Shown here one piece after another: positions 17,639 through 27,430 of a stretch of DNA of 51,045 nucleotides (within the stretch, counting starts at the first letter, position 1; every line of letters begins with the position of its first letter). The notes beneath the pieces are model-generated. The model ran no database searches and had not been told where the DNA came from. It was given only the letters and a program-made list of their open reading frames with translations. The DNA is taken from NCBI GenBank assembly GCA_964548665.1, contig CAZJQL010000005.1, positions 1-51,045 of the forward strand, in the 5' to 3' direction. The DNA comes from an uncultured Methanosarcinales archaeon. GTDB taxonomy: Archaea; Nanobdellota; Nanobdellia; Woesearchaeales; 21-14-0-10-32-9. A program made the position numbers and the translations under genes.

Positions 17639-20600
17639 TTAACTTGATTGAGAACCAGATTGAGCTTGTTGACCAAAGTTTGTTGGCGTTCCTTTATCTC
17701 CAACTAGTCTTAGTAAGCTTGAAGCCATTTTCCAATTAGCGTTTGGACCTTTGATGTATATTGTTTGGGTGTATCCTTGAGCAGAGTAATTTACTTGTAT
17801 TCCAGGATAGTTTGCTTCTATCGCTTTTTTAAGAATGGAAACATTGCTGTTCAGATTAGTATAATCTATTCTTATTGTGTTGGTGTTTTGCGCTTTTTCC
17901 ATAACTCCCACTATTTGCTTGACATAATTTGCTGATTGTTTTTGGTAGCTTATGTAAAAGTCGCTTATGTGTTGATTTTGTGTGAGGTTGCTTGGCAGAG
18001 TAGGCAGATTATTAGATGAAAATAATCTGTTAAAGAAATTCAAGAAGTTATACCACATCTGAACTATGAATGGGTTGTTATTATCAAATACGCCTGCATT
18101 TAATGATGTATCGCTCATAACTATTAAATTAAATGGTTTGTTGTAATAAACCGAAAAATCTGCTGCTTGTTCAGGGGTTGTTATTTCTTCGCATATTGTG
18201 AAGAATTTGTTTGGAGACACATTGGAAGGAGCATTGTTGCAAGTTAGGTTTGATGTGGAATCGAATGGTATGAATCTTTTTAATACTTGGTTAAAGTCTT
18301 GTAATGTTTTTTGTCTGTTTATTTCTAAGCCAAAAATTATTTGCTCGTTCATGTTTTTATTTTTTCCTAGTCTTAAAACACATGCATTTTCAACTACGTC
18401 TTTTAAGTCTGATGATAAATTCATATAGTTTGATAGTTCCGCGTAGTTTCCGCAAAACAAGGTGTGTTCATCTGCTTTGCCTTTAACTTCAGCATAATCG
18501 CTTAACGCGGTTGCAACTAATCTTATTCTATTTACATCTTCTAGATTTACCCATCCTCCTTCTTGACACATCCATGAACCTTTTATTGTAAAGTAATCAA
18601 CTTCAGTTATACTATCTTCAAAATTCTGATTACTAGAATTTAATCCATTGAAACTGAAATTGTAAGCACCATAATTTTGTGCTGAAATCTTACATGACCA
18701 AATATTTTTTTGTCCGCCTTCATCTTTGAACAATAATGATTTTTCTTCAAGTGTTGGATTACTTGATCCTAATGCGTACGCAAAAGTTTGGTCATCTGTT
18801 ATTGTTGTTCCGTTCCAACAAGCGCCTGCAGTATCAGCCCAGAACTCTCCAAATTGTCCTTTCTTTGTGTCGTCTCCACAACATAATCTTCCTGTCCAGC
18901 CAAACGAGGCAATTGAATCACATGCAAATTGATAAGGTCCGAACTCTGATAAAGTTGGTGCTTCCGTATCATTAAAGAATCCTTCATTTGTGCTTGGACC
19001 GTCAAGATTTTTAACCCAAGTCTTCCAATCACCAGTACAATAATAATTTTCAGTGTTTTGTTGTCCTGTTGAATCGCTTAGTACGAAGTTGTCAAACAAA
19101 ATTGATGTTCTTGTTGTTGCGCTTCCTCCTAATTCAAAAGATATTTTTGTAATATTACTTAGAGTTAGCTCAGAATCATTCAGAGGTATGGCCACGTGCA
19201 ACCATCTATTTATTCCCGCTCCTGATGTTACGTACTGACTTAGATTGTATGTTACCTTGTTTCCTGAACCATCAAATAAGGTTATGTTTTCTACGTATGG
19301 TAAATTATAGCTTATGTCGAATTCTAATGTGTTGAAACCTCCCCAGTTTTTTAGTTTGAATTCGTTAGTAAAATCTACTTTGGATCCTCCTGGTTTATTC
19401 AGAACTCTTTTGTATATTCTTTCTTGTTTTGAATCAAAGTCCATTATTGTGTGAAGTCTTACTCCTGCTAAAGCATATAATTTTGTAGGATTCAATGATT
19501 CGACGTCTTTTAAAGGATTGTCTTTGTTGTAGCATAGTCCTTCTCCGCAGCATTCTTTTAACAAATCTTTATCGCCTTGCTGATAACAAACAAATGATTC
19601 GTTTACAGTCATGTCTCCTAAAAATGCGTTCGGGTTTCCCGTCCACATTCCACCTATACAGCAAGTTGTTCCTTCAGGATTGTGTCCTAAGCAAGTGACT
19701 TCTCCTTGTTGTATGTCTTCTTCATCAAAATAAGATGGGAGAAGTTCTCCTCCTATAGCTGAGCATTGATTATTTGTAAATGTTTGACATGAAGCAGTTT
19801 CGCCATAACAACAAGTTGGTGCTGTTCCGTTTTCATTGGAATAAACTAATGATCCTTGTGCACAATATTTTGTAGATCCGCATAGTCTGTCTTCTGAATT
19901 GTATGACCATCCTTCTGAAGTTATTATGGTTTGACATGATTTTGTCGGATCAATACCTGTAGGAAAACATGCAGAAGTATCTCTTCCACTACATAAAGCA
20001 CTACTTATAAAGTCGTTACCATATGTTGTTTGGCCTGTAGTTCCTTGGCTTCCACATTGCACTAAGGCATTATTTCCCAGTATTGAACACCAGCCATTTT
20101 GTGTTGAGTATTGATCAAAATACTCTGACAATCCAACCCATTCCCCAGAAACATGGTTTTTAATCATGCAATTGGATTCAAGACCGCACGTTTCCAAGAA
20201 ATCTCCTGGAGTGTAAGATATTTTATCACCTGTACTGCTGTCTAAGAAGCAGAACGCATCTTTTCCATTTAAGTTTGCTTGATTTTTACAATCAACAGTA
20301 TTTGAAGAAGTACAAGTAAATACGCTTGGTTTTTTAACAACACCATTCACGCTTATATTCAAAAGACTAATTGTACTTACACAAGATAATTTTCCATCAC
20401 TAAACTCTGGAACAAAACTCTGACCTTCAGACAATCTTCCTGTATCACCATACACTCTTAATCCTGAAGCATCACAATAAGTCCAATTAAGATTATTTGA
20501 AATAAAATGAGTATTATCTGTTTGAAGTATTAAATAAGGCGACTGCTGACTGAACAAATCTGCACTTCTCCAAACAAATTCTCTGCCCGGCTCAGTCAAA

Positions 20601-22615
20601 CTAGAAACATTACCAGCAGAAACAGCATTATCAAAACAAGCATACGCCTGATCAGGAAGAATAAAACCAAGATCGCCAAGCGCAACACCGGACGTTATAA
20701 TTTGCACAGATTTTTTCCAATCACAATAATTATTAGAAGATTGACAAGTAGTCTTGTTATACGCCCAACAATCTTGACAATCTTGCCAAAAGCAATTACC
20801 AGTCTGACATGTTTCTTCATCAAGCAATTCTGAACAAGAAAAGTCTCCAGTACATTGATAACAAGGCTCTACACCATTAGAGCCACATCCTGTTTGAGAA
20901 GTGATTTGACTATAACAGCCTTGTGGAGCATTTGGAACACAAGAACCATCATTGTTGTCTGAATAATAATGACATTGGCTATCTGGACCTACACAAGCAG
21001 CACTACAATTTAAGTCAGGATAACAAGCTTCATAATCAGACCTTAAATTTTGTGTCCACATACACAAGCCTGCCAAAGCGTTACACATAATGTTCCTATC
21101 TTTAGGATTTGATGGATAAGAATATTCTGAACAACCTGCATAATTATCTCCATTATAACTGCATTCATCATTTGACCAAGCACAAAAATCAGTTAATTCA
21201 CAAAAATATTGACTTAATGATTCACAATACTTGGGATTAGCAGAACATGCTGGAACACCCCATTCACAGTAATCTGTAGAATCGCAAGTACTTTGATTTA
21301 GAGAACCACAATTATTTTTTAAACCACAATAAGGTTGTTCCCAACCAAAGTATGGCGTATTCCACTGACAAGCATCATTCGAATTACAAACAGAATTACT
21401 TAAATTAAAGCAAGGGTTATTAATAGGATAACAAATTTCTCCCAAAATATAAGATTTATCGTCTCCACAACTCAGATCTGTTCCATCTAATGCTGATGGA
21501 TTGTACCAATCGATGGATGTCAAATTATATTGTGATCTTATTGATGTATCCCATCCTTCTGCTCCTGCTTGACCTATTGGCGTCATTAAGTGACAATCAG
21601 GATCATCCATATCTACTAATAAGTCTCCATCATCGTCTATAGCATCACTACATTTTGTTTCTTGATTAGATGATATTATATTGACTCCTGATGGGGGTTG
21701 TCCTGCTGAACCTGGAGAACTTGCTCCGTTTCTTAGGGGATTTAGACAAGCACCTGCTCCTCCAGAACCTCCTCCTGAAATTATTGTTCCTCCTATATAT
21801 GCAGAAGTAAGAACTAGACCACTAGCTCCTCCGCCTCCACCACCCCCTGAAGCTCCTTCATCACCAGAATTTCCACAGTTATTTCCATTATCATCAGTGC
21901 CTTTACCACCATCGCCACCATCAGCTCCTTTAACTATTAGTTGTCCTGAATTTGTAATATAAGGAGCGACTAAGTGAAGTACTCCTCCTGATCCGCCTCC
22001 GCCACCACCACCTGCTCCTCTTCCAATACAAGCATTCCAAACATTGCAATCAGAATCTTTCGCATCAACTCCATTATTTCCATCTATTCCTGCAACACTT
22101 ATTTTTCCTTTATTAGTTATATTATTTGCATAAATATGAACTAGTGCTCCGCTTCTACCACCTGCTCCTCCAGGCGAATTTCCAGATGTGCCCGCAATTC
22201 CAGAATTGCAAACATTTCCCCCAGAACCACCATTGCCTCCATTTTGACCACTACCACTCGGAGAGCCTCTTAAACCTCCGACACCTCCATAAAATGTAAC
22301 ATCATGATATTGTGAACAATCATAATTGTCAGTTGATGTAAACCATATTTCTCGATTTTCTAAAACTTCGAATTTATCGAAAACAAAATACTTATTGTGA
22401 GGAACAGTAATATTTTGACTGGTGCCTACAGTGCACATTTTTGTTCCATAAACTGTTGGTTGATAATCAGTATAATTTACACATTCTCCTCCCGGCAGAG
22501 GTCCGCACCATATTCCGCCGGCATTGTTGCAATCTGCGGGTTGAGCTGCATGAACTGTTGGTATAGTTATTGCTAGAATAATTATTAACAATAACCACCC
22601 TCTTTTAGACGTCAT
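17639..22615 (-). CDS. Giant secreted modular protein: Gly-rich domain, Ca-binding-like motif, Cys repeats, CBM-like domain, 1658 aa
   Basis: Signal peptide; poly-Gly GGGGGGGSGG blocks; CSDAIDDDGDLLVDMDDPDC; C....C.W repeats; CBM11-like NWGGFNTLEFDI...WLHVAIPL...ITKISF...ILFDNF. Confidence 0.7.
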   Translation of the reverse strand: MTSKRGWLLLIIILAITIPTVHAAQPADCNNAGGIWCGPLPGGECVNYTDYQPTVYGTKMCTVGTSQNITVPHNKYFVFDKFEVLENREIWFTSTDNYDCSQYHDVTFYGGVGGLRGSPSGSGQNGGNGGSGGNVCNSGIAGTSGNSPGGAGGRSGALVHIYANNITNKGKISVAGIDGNNGVDAKDSDCNVWNACIGRGAGGGGGGGSGGVLHLVAPYITNSGQLIVKGADGGDGGKGTDDNGNNCGNSGDEGASGGGGGGGASGLVLTSAYIGGTIISGGGSGGAGACLNPLRNGASSPGSAGQPPSGVNIISSNQETKCSDAIDDDGDLLVDMDDPDCHLMTPIGQAGAEGWDTSIRSQYNLTSIDWYNPSALDGTDLSCGDDKSYILGEICYPINNPCFNLSNSVCNSNDACQWNTPYFGWEQPYCGLKNNCGSLNQSTCDSTDYCEWGVPACSANPKYCESLSQYFCELTDFCAWSNDECSYNGDNYAGCSEYSYPSNPKDRNIMCNALAGLCMWTQNLRSDYEACYPDLNCSAACVGPDSQCHYYSDNNDGSCVPNAPQGCYSQITSQTGCGSNGVEPCYQCTGDFSCSELLDEETCQTGNCFWQDCQDCWAYNKTTCQSSNNYCDWKKSVQIITSGVALGDLGFILPDQAYACFDNAVSAGNVSSLTEPGREFVWRSADLFSQQSPYLILQTDNTHFISNNLNWTYCDASGLRVYGDTGRLSEGQSFVPEFSDGKLSCVSTISLLNISVNGVVKKPSVFTCTSSNTVDCKNQANLNGKDAFCFLDSSTGDKISYTPGDFLETCGLESNCMIKNHVSGEWVGLSEYFDQYSTQNGWCSILGNNALVQCGSQGTTGQTTYGNDFISSALCSGRDTSACFPTGIDPTKSCQTIITSEGWSYNSEDRLCGSTKYCAQGSLVYSNENGTAPTCCYGETASCQTFTNNQCSAIGGELLPSYFDEEDIQQGEVTCLGHNPEGTTCCIGGMWTGNPNAFLGDMTVNESFVCYQQGDKDLLKECCGEGLCYNKDNPLKDVESLNPTKLYALAGVRLHTIMDFDSKQERIYKRVLNKPGGSKVDFTNEFKLKNWGGFNTLEFDISYNLPYVENITLFDGSGNKVTYNLSQYVTSGAGINRWLHVAIPLNDSELTLSNITKISFELGGSATTRTSILFDNFVLSDSTGQQNTENYYCTGDWKTWVKNLDGPSTNEGFFNDTEAPTLSEFGPYQFACDSIASFGWTGRLCCGDDTKKGQFGEFWADTAGACWNGTTITDDQTFAYALGSSNPTLEEKSLLFKDEGGQKNIWSCKISAQNYGAYNFSFNGLNSSNQNFEDSITEVDYFTIKGSWMCQEGGWVNLEDVNRIRLVATALSDYAEVKGKADEHTLFCGNYAELSNYMNLSSDLKDVVENACVLRLGKNKNMNEQIIFGLEINRQKTLQDFNQVLKRFIPFDSTSNLTCNNAPSNVSPNKFFTICEEITTPEQAADFSVYYNKPFNLIVMSDTSLNAGVFDNNNPFIVQMWYNFLNFFNRLFSSNNLPTLPSNLTQNQHISDFYISYQKQSANYVKQIVGVMEKAQNTNTIRIDYTNLNSNVSILKKAIEANYPGIQVNYSAQGYTQTIYIKGPNANWKMASSLLRLVGDKGTPTNFGQQAQSGSQSS

Positions 22616-22639
22616 TGTGTTTTTTTCTTTTGTTTGAAG

Positions 22640-22647
22640 TATTTAAA
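22640..22647 (-). promoter_or_regulatory. TATA box (TTTAAATA)
   Basis: About 25 nt upstream of ATG 22615. Confidence 0.6.
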
Positions 22648-22670
22648 GATTACTTTTTTAGTTTGGTAAG

Positions 22671-23246
22671 TTAAAAAGAATTTATGTTTTCATATAGCTT
22701 GGTTGTTGCTTTTTTTGCTTGTTCTTGATATCCTAGAGATCTTATTAGTGCTTTGTATTCTTCTTCTGATCTTAGATTATTTGGCTTGGTTGCAAAACTG
22801 CATATTATCAGATTCAAGTCGTATTTTTTTATTAGCATGAGGTTTTGTTTCATTCTTCCTAGCATTGTTTCTTTGTCTGAGGACGTCATTATTTTTTCCA
22901 TGTCTAAAACGAGTGTTTTGTTTTTGGTTTTCATTAGTTTGCATAGTACCTGGTTAGTTCCGCTTCTTCTGTAGTGGAATGAGTCTTTTTTTTCTAAGTC
23001 TTCAAAACCATACAAGAACGCACAATTTTTGTCTGCTATGTTTTGTTGTTCTGCTTTTGCAAAGTTTATTTTGTTTTTTCCTTTTATTGTTCCCATAAAT
23101 ATTTTTGTTTTTGTTTTTTGTTTTATAGCTGAAAGATTTTTTTCTTTTTTTTCATACAAGAACAATAATGCTTTCGTTCCGAGTTTTTCAGCTACTGCTA
23201 TAAATTCTTCTTCGTTGTTATTTGGAATGCAAACATCAGTGAACAT
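22671..23246 (-). CDS. rnp3: RNase P protein subunit Rpp30 homologue, 191 aa
   Basis: AEKLG; GTNQVLCKL; L.RMKQN..L.KKY....IICSFA.....LRS, matching the RNase_P_p30 C-terminal pattern. Confidence 0.75.
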   Translation of the reverse strand: MFTDVCIPNNNEEEFIAVAEKLGTKALLFLYEKKEKNLSAIKQKTKTKIFMGTIKGKNKINFAKAEQQNIADKNCAFLYGFEDLEKKDSFHYRRSGTNQVLCKLMKTKNKTLVLDMEKIMTSSDKETMLGRMKQNLMLIKKYDLNLIICSFATKPNNLRSEEEYKALIRSLGYQEQAKKATTKLYENINSF

Positions 23247-23288
23247 AGGTGTAGTGTTTTTTTGTGATTTAAAATGTTTGTCATAAAA

Positions 23289-23296
23289 TTTATAAA
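23289..23296 (+). promoter_or_regulatory. TATA box (TTTATAAA)
   Basis: 22 nt upstream of ATG 23319; divergent from rnp3. Confidence 0.55.
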
Positions 23297-23318
23297 ATAG
23301 GTGTTTGTTCAGATACGC

Positions 23319-24122
23319 ATGAGGATTTTTACTGAAGGACAGGTAAGTTTGTTTTTTATAATCGGTTTGATTTTAGCAGTATCTGTTGTTTTTGTTGTTT
23401 TCTTAGCCAATAATTTTGAGGATGAAAAAGCTGATGCTGATTTTATTAATGCTGTTTCTGATGTTTCTTCAGTTAATGAAGTTATAGATTATGTTAATTT
23501 TTGTTTGTATCAGAGTGTTGGGAATGGTTTGATTGTGACGGGACGTAATGGTGGTTTTGCAGCTCCTAATAGCAATACATCTATAATTCTTTTTACAAAC
23601 AATGGTTTTGAAAGTTATCCTTATTATAATAATTTGAATAATGTGTTGGTTCCTTCTGAGGAAGTTGTTTCTGTCGAATCTGCTATAAGTGCAGAGCTTC
23701 TTGTAGAACGGTGTTTAGCGGAGTTAAATTCTTCTGACTTGAGCATAAATTATGGTTCTCCTGAAATAATAATTTCTTTTTTAGATAACAACACATTAGC
23801 AAAAATGAATTTACCTATCAACATCAGTAACGATAATAAGGAGTCTGCTTTTGTTGAATTCTCAACAATCATTCCTTTTTCTTATGGTTCAACTTATGGA
23901 GCGGCAAAGTATTTTGTTTCTGAACAAGTTAAAGATTTAGACTCTTTGGCTTTGAGCGATTTGATGAATGTTGCTCATATTTATGGTTTTAATTTTAGTA
24001 GAACTATTCATAATGAAAGAAATAGTTTGTTGACATTTAATTATGGCTATGATTTGTTTGATGAGTCGTTTGAAATAAATTTTGCTATAAAGCACACATC
24101 TGATCAGGAGGTTTTAAGTTGA
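23319..24122 (+). CDS. Prepilin-like protein with atypical leader, about 267 aa
   Basis: MRIFTEG/QVSLFFIIGLIL. V..YV..CL.......L...G.NGG resembles the N-terminal domain of 13701..16682 (YVYTCM...LFLQGG). Start moved from 23301. Confidence 0.7.
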   Translation: MRIFTEGQVSLFFIIGLILAVSVVFVVFLANNFEDEKADADFINAVSDVSSVNEVIDYVNFCLYQSVGNGLIVTGRNGGFAAPNSNTSIILFTNNGFESYPYYNNLNNVLVPSEEVVSVESAISAELLVERCLAELNSSDLSINYGSPEIIISFLDNNTLAKMNLPINISNDNKESAFVEFSTIIPFSYGSTYGAAKYFVSEQVKDLDSLALSDLMNVAHIYGFNFSRTIHNERNSLLTFNYGYDLFDESFEINFAIKHTSDQEVLS

Positions 24123-26554
24123 ATAAAAAAATAATTTTTGTTTTGTTGTTTGTATTTCTTATTTCTTTAAATTCTGCGCTAAGCAACGAATGTGAAGATT
24201 ATTCTTGTGATGATTTTGATTACGATGAAGATGATGTTGAAGAGATTTCTTGTGCCATTAAAGCAGAATGTCCTCTTACTAATGAGCAATATGTTTTGGC
24301 ATTAGACAAGCAGAGTTACGTTTTGAGCGAGCATGTTAATTTGTCTGATGAATCTCAAAGAGAAGAATTGGTTAAGTGGTTAACTTTTTATGGGGATATT
24401 TTGAGAAAGAATAAAGATTTCTATAATTTGGATTCTGGTCTGGTTAGTAAGATTCATAGGTCTTATGTTAATTATTTTGATTGGTTGTTTTTTGGACATT
24501 CTTATAATGACACAGACATATTGTTGCTAAATTATGCGTTGAATACATCCGAAGATTTGATTAATAATAATAGCCAGGATTTCATAAAGACTCGAGTTGT
24601 TAACAACAACACTAATCTTTTTTATTATTATGTTATTAATGTTAATAATCTTTCTTTCAAGGAGATGCAGAGTCGAATAGCCAGTTATGATTTTCATCAG
24701 TTTGAACCTGAAAAAAATATTTTTTATACACAAGGAGATGATTCTGTTAGTTTCTCAATTGATGATTTGATTTTTTTGACAAATATCGGATTTTCTGATT
24801 TTTATATAGGTAGCACAGGATTGTTGGGTGCGTTGAAGTATAATGGCGATGATTTGGATGAGACTAGAAAAGTGTATTATTCCTCTGAAGGTTTGGTTTT
24901 TGAGGGAAAATCTTTGGTTTTGCCAGACAACGTTATTTTGTTGGAAGGAGTTGCAATACTTAGGAAAGAAGGAATTGTTTTTAGAGACAATTCTTATTTT
25001 GAGTTAAATAATTTTTCTTTTAAAACGGATAAGGATTTGATTTTAAAAAGACAGCCTTGTGAATCTGAGTCGATTAGTTGTGTTGAGTTTCTTAAACAGG
25101 AAGAACGTGATGTTTTTGTTATTTCTTTAAAAAATGATGCGCACATAGAAATCAGAGAGAAACAGCCAGTTAATGTTGTTTATTCTTTGGATTTTATAAC
25201 TGATTCTAGTTCTCTTTTTTTGGAGCAATTCGGGGATTCTGGAAAAACAGAGTTTGTTTTTAGTGAAGATAAGTATTCTATAAAAGGAAATCCTGTTAAT
25301 GATATTTATTTTGGCAAACAATATGATAATAAGATTTGCAACGTGTATATATCTAAAGATGCTGTTATTGATTGCGAGAATGATTTGTATTCTGGCGATG
25401 AAAGCATTGCTTTTTCTGCTTTGTTAAGACAAAAGATACTTGATGCTGTGAGATATAACCGGGAGAATATTGATAAGCATAAAGTGGGTAATTTCAGAGG
25501 ATCTAAATTGGGTTCTATAGGTTTGTCCAATGATGCTGATGGTCAAGTTAATTCTTGGGTTGCGTATGCTACAAGCAATTTAAATTCTAAAAATAAGCCT
25601 TGTAGATCATTTAGTGATTGTAAATCTTTTTATAGCAGATTGTCTTCTGAAGGCTTTTCTAATGAAGAGAAGATTTCTTTTTTTATAGGCATTAAAACAG
25701 GGATGTCTTTGATTGAGGCAAAAAATTTTGCTAAGAATTATGATGATGTTTCAAATATTCTTTCGGATGTAAATATGGCGAGTTATGTTTATGATTTTGA
25801 AAATTCTAGATTATTGTCTCCGGCTAGCGTGAATGAGCAGGAAAAATACGATTCTGTTGTATCTTTAGTTGGCAGTTTTGATGTTGAAACTTTTGCTAAG
25901 GCTTATGATTTTGCTAAAGATGAATTAAAAGATGTTAATGTTGCTGAAAAGTATATTTTGAAAACCAGCAACTGCGGTGTTTTTGTGCATGATATAATAG
26001 AGAGAACTTATTCTGAGATGTGTATGCCTGATAAAGGAAAAGAAGTTCAAACTTCTTCTTATTCTTTCAAAAATAATTATGTGGATAGTATTTTTTACAT
26101 GGTTATATATTATGTGACTTATCATGATTGGGATTTGCTTTTATTTGATCCTGATACAAGCAATCGCGGTGGTGGTGGATGGGTAGGTCCTAAAGATTCT
26201 TTTAGATTAGATGGTGAAGGCAACATGCACATAAATACACTTTTGTTTGCAACTAAAACAACAGATAAGACTGTAGTCGTGGATAAGTACATTAAGAATT
26301 ATTACAGGAACAGGAATGATCCTCAATTGATGGATCTTGCTAGTCTTATAGGAAGCAGAGCTGGAATTGTATCTTTTAATTCTGGTTATCATGCCGCATT
26401 TATGCTTGCAGAAAATGGAGATATCTACATTGTTGATATGAATTGGTTAAGCACTGAGAACAATCCTGATGGATTAAATAAAAGGTTGTTAGCAGAAGAC
26501 ATTCCTAATACGAGAGGAGGTCTTGCTGCTTTTCCACCTGGAACTTTAAAATAA
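24119..26554 (+). CDS. Secreted protein with putative C-terminal papain-like (Cys-His-Asp) domain, 811 aa
   Basis: Signal peptide; 4-nt overlap with the upstream gene; TSNCGVFV...GYHAAFM...YIVD. Confidence 0.5.
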   Translation: MNKKIIFVLLFVFLISLNSALSNECEDYSCDDFDYDEDDVEEISCAIKAECPLTNEQYVLALDKQSYVLSEHVNLSDESQREELVKWLTFYGDILRKNKDFYNLDSGLVSKIHRSYVNYFDWLFFGHSYNDTDILLLNYALNTSEDLINNNSQDFIKTRVVNNNTNLFYYYVINVNNLSFKEMQSRIASYDFHQFEPEKNIFYTQGDDSVSFSIDDLIFLTNIGFSDFYIGSTGLLGALKYNGDDLDETRKVYYSSEGLVFEGKSLVLPDNVILLEGVAILRKEGIVFRDNSYFELNNFSFKTDKDLILKRQPCESESISCVEFLKQEERDVFVISLKNDAHIEIREKQPVNVVYSLDFITDSSSLFLEQFGDSGKTEFVFSEDKYSIKGNPVNDIYFGKQYDNKICNVYISKDAVIDCENDLYSGDESIAFSALLRQKILDAVRYNRENIDKHKVGNFRGSKLGSIGLSNDADGQVNSWVAYATSNLNSKNKPCRSFSDCKSFYSRLSSEGFSNEEKISFFIGIKTGMSLIEAKNFAKNYDDVSNILSDVNMASYVYDFENSRLLSPASVNEQEKYDSVVSLVGSFDVETFAKAYDFAKDELKDVNVAEKYILKTSNCGVFVHDIIERTYSEMCMPDKGKEVQTSSYSFKNNYVDSIFYMVIYYVTYHDWDLLLFDPDTSNRGGGGWVGPKDSFRLDGEGNMHINTLLFATKTTDKTVVVDKYIKNYYRNRNDPQLMDLASLIGSRAGIVSFNSGYHAAFMLAENGDIYIVDMNWLSTENNPDGLNKRLLAEDIPNTRGGLAAFPPGTLK

Positions 26555-26556
26555 AA

Positions 26557-27009
26557 TTATTTGTTGAATATTGCTTCTGCTAGCTCTATTGCTGGTTTGG
26601 AAAAGTATCCTGCCGTGTATGCAATCTTGTTGGCAAGTAGTGCAGTTGCTGCAGAAACGGTTCCCACAATTGTAGCGCCACCTAATGCAACCATGTGCTC
26701 GTTAGGAGAATGGTCTTCTAATCCTTTATAAGCTCCTGTGGTTGCAGGTAATGCTGCAGTTAATGCAAGCGCAATGTCATAATCATCAATACCTGCGCCG
26801 GGTGAATATGGTCGGTTCATTTGAGAGTGTACAAAGCCATCAATAAATCCTTTGGCTATGTTTACTCCATACACTACTTTTGCTATGTTTGCGCCTACAG
26901 GCATTAATTTTTCATCTAGACCACAAAGACCCTTGTATACAGATAATGGTTCTGATAAAACACCATGTTTGTGTCCGTCGGTCAATGTTTCTAAGTTGTT
27001 TTCATTCAA
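26557..27009 (-). CDS. Hypothetical Ala/Gly-rich membrane protein, 150 aa
   Basis: TTG start with AGGTGA RBS; small-residue hydrophobic helices. Confidence 0.65.
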   Translation of the reverse strand: MNENNLETLTDGHKHGVLSEPLSVYKGLCGLDEKLMPVGANIAKVVYGVNIAKGFIDGFVHSQMNRPYSPGAGIDDYDIALALTAALPATTGAYKGLEDHSPNEHMVALGGATIVGTVSAATALLANKIAYTAGYFSKPAIELAEAIFNK

Positions 27010-27184
27010 GTTTTTTCACCTAAATTTTTGATATTTACAAACATATATGTATGAACTAGTTTATATATTTTTCCATATTTTGTTACTTGAAAGTAGTTAA
27101 ATTGTTTTGCAGAATGAATGTGAAAACAAAGAACGAATTAAAGCAAAAAATAAAACACAAAATTAAAACAATAGAATAAATTTC

Positions 27185-27430
27185 TTAATCATACTTCTTT
27201 TCAGGATTCAAATATTTTTTTTCAATAGCAGCTATTGCTTCATCATAAAAGTTTGCTTGAAGAGGTCTTACAGTTCCAGACAAAACATTTTGATAACATA
27301 GTTGGGCTTCTAAAGATTGTGTTTCTTTAAACAAGTCATCTATAGACATCTTTGTTTTATCAGATATCTCTCTCAATCTCGACGTCACATATTTAAAATC
27401 AGGCATTGTCTCTAGTTTCATTTTATTCAC
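27185..27430 (-). CDS. Hypothetical protein, 81 aa
   Basis: Overlaps the stop of the upstream peptidase gene; GGTGA near the start. Confidence 0.55.
   Translation of the reverse strand: MNKMKLETMPDFKYVTSRLREISDKTKMSIDDLFKETQSLEAQLCYQNVLSGTVRPLQANFYDEAIAAIEKKYLNPEKKYD

Noticed and set aside
21681-21962. Pro-rich + strand ORF and (CCA/CCT)n-like low-complexity DNA
   Set aside because: Reverse complement of poly-Gly codons; not an independent gene or repeat element
27010-27184. AT-rich intergenic region with short palindromes (ACATATATGT, AACTAGTT) and a 21-codon A-rich ORF; considered as an origin or small gene
   Set aside because: No ORB-like repeats or adjacent cdc6/orc1; such palindromes are expected at this AT content; the ORF has no support
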